A stretch of 64,000 bases of DNA. It comes from Eledone cirrhosa. Its lineage: Eukaryota. The first letter of the stretch is position 1, and each line of letters starts with the position of its first letter. Location of the stretch: positions 111,476,001-111,540,000 of the forward strand of contig OZ024740.1 in assembly GCA_964016885.1 (NCBI GenBank), in the 5' to 3' direction. Below the pieces are notes generated by a model. That model had not been told where the DNA came from, did not search any database, and was given only the letters and a program-made list of their open reading frames with translations. Below, one piece after another: positions 53,731-64,000 of this stretch. Position numbers and translations under genes: made by a program.

Positions 53731-55535
53731 TAAATAATCATGACGTGCAGACACAAGAGAAGGTGCACACTCGCCGCATGGAATCCACCGGAAAGCCCAG
53801 GCTAAAGGCATTCGGCGAAACGGGTTCAAGGGATCAGACACCATACCCTGATGACAGTATATGTCTCATGAGGTAAACAAAAATAACCCAGGATGCATAC
53901 CCGACTCTGCACGTCACCTTAGGCAAGAACATCACCTGAGCCGGGACAGGTTGACCTGGATTCCATTGACTTTCAGTCAAATATCTTACACTTATAGGAC
54001 AACATGCTTCAACCACAATGACATACTCCAGTGTGGCCGGTCCACGCACCCCCTTACATGTGTACCTTTTCAATCGAGAATCCTTACTCTCCACGTATTC
54101 CATTTTGGAACACATATTATTTTTTCCATATGCAGGCCCAAGTGTATATCTCATACTCCTCCTGCGTACTATCTCATACGCATACACGTCCCTTCTTCTT
54201 TATATATCTCTATGTGACGTTATATGTATATTTTTAATATATTGTATATTTCTTTTTTATATGTGTGTATATATGTATGCGTATATGTATATATGTGTGT
54301 ATATATAAATATATGTGTATATATATATATATTTATATGTGTATGTGTATGGATGTATGTATATGGTTATATTGTTTAGATTTGTGCCTGTTTACTACAA
54401 GATACAACGTTTAATGTATGACGTTATATGTATATTTTAGTATATTGTAGGTTTTTTTTTATATATGTGTATGTATGTGTGTGTTTGTACATATGTGTGT
54501 GTGTGTATGTGTATATATATATGTGTATGTGTGTATATATATATATATGTATGTATGTATGTGTATGGATGTATGTATATGGTTATATTGTTTATATTTG
54601 TGCATGTGTATAACAAGATGCATTCTTTCATGCATGACACTTTGTATGATCCATTGTGTAGCTTTATATGACTTTGTGTGTATATCATATTTGTGTATAG
54701 ACAGATATATGTATGTATCTTTGTAGACGTGCGTGGGCTTGTAGGTAATAGGCGCATATTTGTAAGAGTGTATATGAGCCAGTGTGTGTGTGTGTGTGTG
54801 TGTACGTGCACCCACTGTAGGGTAAGGGCTTGTTTGTGTGTGTGTATATATATGTGTGTTTGCGGGCGAGTTTGTTTTTGTGCCTGTATATATGGACACG
54901 TGTGTGTATGTGCGTGTGCGTGTCTATCTATATGTCTGTACGTGTTTGTGTATACGAGTAGATATATGCGTATGCATGTGTGTGTGCCTGTGTGCGTGTG
55001 TGTGTGTGTGTGTGAGCTGATGTGCGTGGGCATGTAGGCAGGCATTTGTGGACGCGTATGTCTATAGTTTTATGGGTTCTCCTTAGGTGCGTATGTATAG
55101 CCGGAGTATATGCGTAAGGACTGTTATTTATATGATTGGTGCGTGTGTGTGTGTGTGTGAGCGTGTGTATATATATATGTGTGTGTGTGAGTGCGCACGG
55201 GGACGTGTGAACTACCAAACCAAGCAAGGATTCATTGAAGTGTGGCAGGAAAAGGACAGGTGATGGTCAGTGTGACAGTACCTGTTGGTCAAAATTTATG
55301 ATGACGTAGAAAAACAACAGCCAATAGCAGGACGAGTGAAGAGGATGTTTTTTGACGCTAATACCCCAGTGAGAAATTTCATCTGAAATTATTAGATGTG
55401 TCCGACGAACCTGCAAATCCAGAAGCAGACAGACCCACACAATGATCGTGTCTCAAGCTATCTGCCGGCGAAACAATTGTAACACACAATAAATTGAGTT
55501 CTGATGCATCACTGATTTTTCGTTTTATATTATAT

Positions 55536-55598
<63 letters not shown>

Positions 55599-55720
55599 AA
55601 TATAGACATAGAATATTCGAAAATATTCTGTATGTTTATAATAAACATTTTGAAGACCTAATCGCTATAGAATAGAATACGTCACGTATTACAATTAGAT
55701 TCTCGATAAAAGCAAGGGAA

Positions 55721-55763
55721 GTAATCTACGCGTTTCATTCTTATTAGAAATCTTCAGGACTAC
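55721..55763 (-). ncRNA. Type I minimal hammerhead (also at 56031-56073 and 56341-56383)
   Basis: Reverse complement of gtagtc CTGAAGA tttct-aata-agaat GAAA cgcg TA gattac. Confidence 0.88.
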
Positions 55764-56822
55764 ATATCCAGTGCTTTTATCGAGAATGACACAGCTAGAG
55801 ACTTGTAGAATACTTAGCTGTGTACAGGAACTGGTTTGAAAGAGCGGTTGCCGGTCCGGCAGAAATTAGAAATTGGAATAAATGCTCTGAAATAGCGATA
55901 TATATGTGAATATAGACATAGAATATTCGAAAATATTCTGTATGTTTATAATAAACATTTTGAAGACCTAATCGCTATAGAATAGAATACGTCACGTATT
56001 ACAATTAGATTCTCGATAAAAGCAAGGGAAGTAATCTACGCGTTTCATTCTTATTAGAAATCTTCAGGACTACATATCCAGTGCTTTTATCGAGAATGAC
56101 ACAGCTAGAGACTTGTAGAATACTTAGCTGTGTACAGGAACTGGTTTGAAAGAGCGGTTGCCGGTCCGGCAGAAATTAGAAATTGGAATAAATGCTCTGA
56201 AATAGCGATATATATGTGAATATAGACATAGAATATTCGAAAATATTCTGTATGTTTATAATAAACATTTTGAAGACCTAATCGCTATAGAATAGAATAC
56301 GTCACGTATTACAATTAGATTCTCGATAAAAGCAAGGGAAGTAATCTACGCGTTTCATTCTTATTAGAAATCTTCAGGACTACATATCCAGTGCTTTTAT
56401 CGAGAATGACACAGCTAGAGACTTGTAGAATACTTAGCTGTGTACAGGAACTGGTTTGAAAGAGCGGTTGCCGGTCCGGCAGAAATTAGAAATTGAAATA
56501 AATGCTCTGAAATAGCGATATATATGTGAATATAGTCATAGAATATTCGAAAATATTCTGTATGTTTATAATAAAATCTAATTGTAATACGTGACGTATT
56601 CTATTCTATAGCGATTAGGTCTTCAAAATGTTTATTATAAACATACAGAATATTTTCGAATATTCTATGTCTATATTCACATATATATCGCTATTTCAGA
56701 GCATTTATTCCAATTTCTAATTTCTGCCGGACCGGCAACCGCTCTTTCAAACCAGTTCCTGTACACAGCTAAGTATTCTACAAGTCTCTAGCTGTGTCAT
56801 TCTCGATAAAAGCACTGGATAT

Positions 56823-56865
56823 GTAGTCCTGAAGATTTCTAATAAGAATGAAACGCGTAGATTAC
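56823..56865 (+). ncRNA. Type I minimal hammerhead (also at 57133-57175, 57443-57485, 57753-57795 and 58063-58105)
   Basis: Stem I gtagtc/gattac, core CUGAAGA...GAAA, stem II ttct/agaa, palindromic stem III ACGCGU, predicted GUA cleavage after 56859. Stem I is extended by a perfect 16-bp helix attctcgataaaagca/tgcttttatcgagaat. Confidence 0.9.
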
Positions 56866-58258
56866 TTCCCTTGCTTTTATCGAGAATCTAATTGTAATAC
56901 GTGACGTATTCTATTCTATAGCGATTAGGTCTTCAAAATGTTTATTATAAACATACAGAATATTTTCGAATATTCTATGTCTATATTCACATATATATCG
57001 CTATTTCAGAGCATTTATTCCAATTTCTAATTTCTGCCGGACCGGCAACCGCTCTTTCAAACCAGTTCCTGTACACAGCTAAGTATTCTACAAGTCTCTA
57101 GCTGTGTCATTCTCGATAAAAGCACTGGATATGTAGTCCTGAAGATTTCTAATAAGAATGAAACGCGTAGATTACTTCCCTTGCTTTTATCGAGAATCTA
57201 ATTGTAATACGTGACGTATTCTATTCTATAGCGATTAGGTCTTCAAAATGTTTATTATAAACATACAGAATATTTTCGAATATTCTATGTCTATATTCAC
57301 ATATATATCGCTATTTCAGAGCATTTATTCCAATTTCTAATTTCTGCCGGACCGGCAACCGCTCTTTCAAACCAGTTCCTGTACACAGCTAAGTATTCTA
57401 CAAGTCTCTAGCTGTGTCATTCTCGATAAAAGCACTGGATATGTAGTCCTGAAGATTTCTAATAAGAATGAAACGCGTAGATTACTTCCCTTGCTTTTAT
57501 CGAGAATCTAATTGTAATACGTGACGTATTCTATTCTATAGCGATTAGGTCTTCAAAATGTTTATTATAAACATACAGAATATTTTCGAATATTCTATGT
57601 CTATATTCACATATATATCGCTATTTCAGAGCATTTATTCCAATTTCTAATTTCTGCCGGACCGGCAACCGCTCTTTCAAACCAGTTCCTGTACACAGCT
57701 AAGTATTCTACAAGTCTCTAGCTGTGTCATTCTCGATAAAAGCACTGGATATGTAGTCCTGAAGATTTCTAATAAGAATGAAACGCGTAGATTACTTCCC
57801 TTGCTTTTATCGAGAATCTAATTGTAATACGTGACGTATTCTATTCTATAGCGATTAGGTCTTCAAAATGTTTATTATAAACATACAGAATATTTTCGAA
57901 TATTCTATGTCTATATTCACATATATATCGCTATTTCAGAGCATTTATTCCAATTTCTAATTTCTGCCGGACCGGCAACCGCTCTTTCAAACCAGTTCCT
58001 GTACACAGCTAAGTATTCTACAAGTCTCTAGCTGTGTCATTCTCGATAAAAGCACTGGATATGTAGTCCTGAAGATTTCTAATAAGAATGAAACGCGTAG
58101 ATTACTTCCCTTGCTTTTATCGAGAATCTAATTGTAATACGTGACGTATTCTATTCTATAGCGATTAGGTCTTCAAAATGTTTATTATAAACATACAGAA
58201 TATTTTCGAATATTCTATGTCTATATTCACATATATATCGCTATTTCAGAGCATTTAT

Positions 58259-58315
<57 letters not shown>

Positions 58316-58319
58316 AAAA

Positions 58320-58804
58320 TTAAAATTGGTGCTCTGAAATAGCGATATATATATATATGAATGTATATATAGTGTATTTTGCAATACACTGTAGGCTTAA
58401 TTAAAAGCATTTCGAAGACCTTACGTTATTGTTTTAGAGTAGTGACAGTCTCACTTACTTTAATTTTCAGCAAACAGGGGAGATAAATCTGACAGAGCTC
58501 TGTTTCGCACTTTTTGGTGCTTATCAAAGCTAACTGCTCCGCCTATTTGCTGAAAATAATGAATGTTTGATTCTTATAGAATTCTAGTAATAATCAGGAA
58601 CTGATTATACAGAGCGGTTGCCGGTCAAGTAGTTAGCTTTGATAAGCACCAAAAAGTGCGAAACTGAGCTCTGTCAGATGTATCTCCCCTGTTTGCTGAA
58701 AATTAAAGTAAGTGAGACTGTCACTACTCTAAAACAGTAGCGTAAGGTCTTCGAAATGCTTTTAATTAAGCATACAGTGTATTGCAAAATACACTATATA
58801 TACA

Positions 58805-58808
<4 letters not shown>
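58320..58808. repeat. Fold-back monomer of a related hammerhead-bearing family (arms 58358-58537 / 58629-58808)
   Basis: Shares gctctgaaatagcgatatata, gaagacct and caggaactg..agagcggttgccggtc with the 310-bp unit. Hammerhead-like motifs at 58487-58532 (-) and 58634-58680 (+). Confidence 0.85.
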
Positions 58809-58873
<65 letters not shown>

Positions 58874-58878
<5 letters not shown>

Positions 58879-59235
58879 GTTGAAAAGGTAACACACTAGA
58901 GAGAGATAGAGCGCCATCAATGAAACAGGGAAAAACCACCTGTGTATGGAATCTATAATCTATGAAAGGCAGGGTAGACACACTATAATTAAAAATATAA
59001 ATTAAAGTCTATATACAAACCTCTATAACTATATATCACACACGTACAAATCCATGGATTTGTACGTGTGTGTTATATAGTTATAGAGGTTTGTATATAG
59101 ACTTTAATTTATATTTTTAATTATAGTGTGTCTACCCTGGCTTTCATAGATTATAGATTCCATACACAGATGGTTTTTCCCTGTTTTATTGATGGCGCAT
59201 TATCTCTCTCTAGTGTGTTACCTTTTCAATATATT
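58874..59235. repeat. 362-bp spacerless near-perfect palindrome
   Basis: Centre tcca|tgga at 59054/59055; starts directly after (TA)n. Confidence 0.95.
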
Positions 59236-59565
59236 GTATTTTAAAGAGCTCAGGATTCCTTCTCCTTTGAACACATTATTGACAGGGAATAGCGAGAGTC
59301 TATGGTTCCGTTAATTTATCGTGATATATATATATATATAGTAATAATAATAAATGTGAAGACTAAAATCCGAAGAGGGCTCGATAAGGATAATATATAA
59401 AAGGAACGATCGACATTCGTCAAATCGGACGGAGGAAACAATGTTTCCATTGGTCTTTCCAATTGCTAATATAATCAATCGATCGCAACCCCAGGTAGAA
59501 GGAGAAACGTGATATAAATATCTTGCTCAAGGACATAACGCATCACCCGGTCCGGGAAAGGATAA

Positions 59566-60558
59566 TCTACTTATATATATAACCAGCAATTTCTCTGTCT
59601 GTCTGTCCGACAGTGGAAACACGTGCGTAGAGAGAGAGTGAGAGTGAAAGAAAGAGACAGACTACGAGAGGGGGATAGCAGGAGGGAGAGAGGGAGAGAG
59701 AGAGAGAGAGTGAATAGAAGCTAAAACACGTGCTACAGAAATATTACCTTCCCCTTCCTTTCTCCACTTTGGTACTACCAAGCGAAACACTGTCGCTATA
59801 GAAACATTACCTTCCCCTCTCCACTGACTTTGGTCACTGAGGCCGAGGGAATCGCTGGTTGCTATACCTTGCACAAGCCAGAAGTAACCAGTTCGAGGCG
59901 GTTCTGACTTGACACCATGCGAAGAAAGTTGCCATTGAATTTGTGGTTGTTGCTACTGATAATAAGGTCCATTTGAAGAAGGTTGCCATTGAATTTGTGG
60001 TTGTTGCTGCTGATAATAAGGACCATTTGAAGAAGGTTGCTGCAGTTCCATAACCTACGTTTGATTTGTTCAATTTTTTTCTTCAATTTTTTTTGTTGTT
60101 TTTTTTTATTTCTTATTGAAAAAATATAAATAATAAAATAAGGTTAAAAATTTAAATACAATTAAATACGATTTAATTTCCATTTCCAGCAGCCAATGTC
60201 CAGAGTTCAATTTCATGAAAAAATTGGAAATAATTCAAAAAATTGAAGTTTAACTTTTGAACATTTGTTTTAACAATAAAAAAATATTTCCTTATTCACA
60301 CCTAATGGTATGATTAAAATTTCATAGGAATATTTTTTCTAACCGCCAGTTATTTATTTTCTCCTTTTTCGTTTTAACATATATTTATTTCAAAGATTTC
60401 ACCGTATAGATAACATATATATTTATACATGCATAAAAGACACACCGAGAGACGGTGAACATGTGGTGCCGAAAACATTCTCATCCAAATCTCAACAATA
60501 TCAGTATATACACTAGATTTGCTAGCAGAAAACCGCTCACCGGGTGGTTTTCTGCTAG
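59566..60558 (+). mobile_element. Non-autonomous Helitron
   Basis: A|TCTACTTATATATATAAA...tgtctgtctgtc 5' end; 3' hairpin ctagcagaaaacc...ggttttctgCTAG|T; no TSD; internal 54-bp tandem duplication ~59925-60040. Confidence 0.75.
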
Positions 60559-60717
60559 TCTATATATGTAAAACAGAGATTGTCTGTCTGTCTGACTCCA
60601 TAAGACTCGAGAAACACCCAACCGATTGTTTTGAAACTTTTCACATATAATACTTATCGTCCTGCATTACGACATTATGACGTCACTGTGTGTGTGTATA
60701 TATGTATATATAGTGTG

Positions 60718-60749
<32 letters not shown>

Positions 60750-61040
60750 ATATATAGTGTGGAACATTTTCCGAAATATTTACTTCTGCGTTCACAGATT
60801 GATTTTTTTAGTTTCAGAAGATCCGTTAAAGGTGAAAGCAGCGATTCTTTGCTTGAACTTTAATCTGTTATTTTAATATATATATATATAACTATATATT
60901 CATGTACATATATTTTTGCATACACAATAACAAAATATAAACATACGTATTTATTTCACGAGGCTCGATAGGGACAAATATATATCAAATATATAAGAAC
61001 CCTAGAGCAAATCCCGAGGAACGCCGGGCCATTCTGCTCG
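60559..61040 (+). mobile_element. Second non-autonomous Helitron in tandem
   Basis: TCTATATATGTAAAA...tgtctgtctgtctg start; subterminal cccgaggaacgccggg hairpin followed by ctgCTCG|T (degenerate CTAG). Confidence 0.65.
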
Positions 61041-61369
61041 TATATATATATATAATAAAAAAAAACCGTAGAGCAAATATTCATTAAAATAACAGATTAA
61101 AGTTCATTTTAATATATATATATTTATATATATATAACAAAGGAGGTGTGGAATCAGATGGACCATAAGACCATAAATAGCAGTCGAAACGGCTTGAGCT
61201 CTGCCGTCGGTGTCAAACTATTTCCTATATATATATATATATATATACTTGGGGAGGGTCATATTTGTGTAATAATATTGCCAGAATTAATAACAGAACA
61301 CCCTCACTGTTTGGTTGGTTTTCGCTTCTGTGTCTTTTATATCGGTTAATTTAATTTATTCGGTCCCCA

Positions 61370-64000
61370 ATGTTGCCATTGACTGACCAACGGTCAAAAA
61401 GTGGTAATAATAGAAATAATATATGTAGCAACATTAAAGACCGGTATACTAAGAGACAGAGCAGACCAGGGGTCCAACAACTTGGGAGGAAATCTGTAGA
61501 AAGCTTGGTTAGCCTCAATCAGCGCACAAGGGATGATGAGGTAGTATGTCTACCCACGGATAAGTCTGGTAGGATGTCAATAGACAGCATGCCGAACTAC
61601 ATCAAGGCTATGCAACCCCAGATCACCAACACGAGCGAAATTGCGCAGCAAATACATGATGGGAGAGAGAAAATCCTCAACGCTCACATGATGATGTGGA
61701 CCGACATCCTAAAGCCAAGCATAGGCACTGCCAACAACTTCCAGGCGTCCAACAATGGCATACCGCCCTTGTATGGGCTCTGCAAAGACCACAAAACAGT
61801 CGACGACCCGACAACAGGACCACCAACAAGACCTGTATGCGGAGCAAATATAGCTAGCAACTACAAGATCTCCTACTTCATCTCAATGGTTATACGCCCC
61901 ATAATCAAGATGTCCCCAGATGTATGTGACAGTACATAGGTCCTCCTCATCAGAATCAGTGAGTGCAACAAAAACAGGAACCTATCCAACTGCATAATAG
62001 GCAGTATGTATGTGGTATCACTGTACCCATCCATTAACATTGATTTTGCTGTGGAAAAATGTGTGGAGATGATCATTGAGAGTGAAGTGGAGTTCTGCAA
62101 CGTCAACACAGACGAACTGGGCCTCCTACTTAGACTTAGCTACGACACTGACTACCTAGACAGCCATGACCTTAGACGTTTCTGCCCTAGTAGACCCATA
62201 AGAGGTAGACCTCCCCACCATAACCTCAGTGGCAAAAAAACTCCCATGGGAAGGTGGATTGGGTGGACAAAAGCTATACGGACCCCCCAAAACAATGATC
62301 AGGTAAGAAAAATGGTCGCACATGCAATAGGGGCTAGTATCAAAACTACCCTAAAGGGCCACATATTCAAATTCAACGAGAAGATTTACAATCAAAACGA
62401 GGGACCAGCCATTGGTGTCAGCATAGCTGGTGACGTTGCGAACCATTTTATGGTATGGTGCGAAAGGAGATTCAAATATCTCCTTGATGAGAGCTCTATA
62501 GACCTCATCATGTACTCACGTTACGTATACGACATCAATATAGTAATAAGGACATCCCCACAAGAGAGCACTAACAAGTTTAATTTAGAACGTAGCACAA
62601 TGGAAAGCATCCAGCAGATAGCTAATTCCATACACCAGAGTATAACTGTAACTATCGACTACCCTTCCAAACACCCTAACAATAGACTACCTGTATTAGA
62701 CACGGACTAACTCTGGATTAACGCTATAGACAAGAGAGCCGAATTTCTCCACTCAAACTATGCTAAATCCATGGCCTCCTAATACCTGATACACAAAAAC
62801 TCAGCAATATCCAGTAGTGCTAAATTTAATATTCTAATCTCAGACTTGGTACGAGTGATGAAGAACGTGTCCCGCATGTGCGACCCAACAGAAATGGAAA
62901 GATACATCCTACACTACATCAACCGCATGCAGTTCTCTGGCTACAACCAAAGAGACAGAATCAGAGTATACGAAGGAGCCTAGGAGAATTATAATACCTT
63001 CATAGAAATGGATATGAAAGGAATTTGCCCATTATACAGGAGCAAATCATGGAATAGCTTAGATAGGACTAGACATAAGATAGGGAAAGCCACCTCCTGG
63101 AACGACAACCAGAGATACCAGAGTGTCATGTTTGTGGACGCTACCCCTGGAGGGAAATTAGCTAACCAGTGTAGAAAGGCCCTGAGAAAGACCCACTTAA
63201 AGATTAAGGTGGTAGAAAAGCCAGGAACCACCATAAAATCCCTGATCAGCAAAACCTACCCTTTTAAGAAAACCCACTGTACTAATAGGAAATGTATCAT
63301 AGGTAGAGTAAACCCCCGGATAAACTGTAAAACTAGAAACGTAGTCTATAGCATAAGATGTACAGAGGGTACTTGCAGAAACATGACAACAACATACATA
63401 GGCGAGACAGCTCGTAGCATAGTTGAAAGGATAGACCAACACTGGGGGGAACTAAAAGGACGAAAAAACGGTTTAGTACTATACGAACATGCTAGACAAC
63501 AACACAACGGTAATATAGACAACATAGAAATTAGAATAATATCTAAACATAGAAATGACCCAGCAGATAGGCAAATCAGAGAGGCCAGCGTAATAGAACT
63601 TAGAAGGCCAATGCTAAACAGAAAAAATGAATTGAATAACAACACCCAAACAAACAACACTGACCCAAGAGAAGTAGAAATAAATAAATAAATAAATAAA
63701 TAAATACACAAGCACAATAACAACGAACACATATAAACACACACTAGTAAACTAAGATAGAATACATTAACCAATACACAGTCACCCAAACAAGAACACA
63801 CATGAAACAAAACACTATACACACACGCAAACGCATGCACAGAGAAGACATAAAAAATAAATAAATAAAATAACCAAATAAATAAATAAATAAACAGACT
63901 AAATATAGATGGCGTAAGCATACAATGCAACGGGAGGAAACATAATAGCAACACTGACGATGTTGCAGATGTACAACGAAAGAACTTTGATAGACTATAT
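61370..64000 (+). mobile_element. Penelope-like element (Neptune-like; RT + Cys-linker + GIY-YIG), decayed
   Basis: PTDKSGR, PPLYGLCKDHK, PPTRPVCG, VVSLYPSI, YNQNEGPAIGVSIAG, RYVYDI, RLPVLD; C...C...NCKTRNVVYSIRC...TC...YIGETARS...H...RQIREA...PMLN. Confidence 0.92.

Larger units (their letters stand above)
55591..58263. repeat. 310-bp tandem array with internal inversion; retrozyme-like
   Basis: Block A 55591-56575 (~3.2 units) and inverted block B 56575-58263 (~5.4 units). Units are nearly identical, and both ends are flanked by (TA)n. Confidence 0.97.

Noticed and set aside
53810-53875. Possible type II hammerhead (gcGAAAcgggtTC...ccCTGATGAcag)
   Set aside because: Stems II and III do not pair.
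53834-54217. 117-118 aa ORFs on both strands
   Set aside because: No recognisable domain or splice support.
55591-58263. CRISPR array or ordinary centromeric satellite
   Set aside because: Units are fully identical with no unique spacers and the context is eukaryotic. The array is short, (TA)n-flanked and ribozyme-bearing.

Overview
AT-rich eukaryotic, repeat-dominated window. The SINE families and (TA)n/(CA)n/(TAG)n load suggest an octopus-like cephalopod; this is inference. The only host-gene-derived sequence is an intronless, multiply frameshifted SLC44/CTL choline-transporter-like copy (minus strand, ~33470-35745). The rest is a mosaic of decayed retroelements (at least five Penelope-like elements, three R4/Dong-type LINEs, RTE, Tx1/L1, CRE, tRNA-SINEs) and DNA elements (hAT MITE, Tc1, Helitrons). 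The most notable signal is non-coding. A near-perfect 310-bp tandem array at 55591-58263 has an internal inversion, and each full unit carries a minimal type I hammerhead ribozyme motif with a palindromic stem III (a retrozyme-like, putative circRNA-producing array). Next to it lies a related fold-back monomer with a U3-A8 variant core. Further hammerhead motifs or half-motifs recur in Penelope 3' regions and (TA)n-anchored fold-back elements. All calls were made by eye, and the boundaries of decayed elements are approximate.
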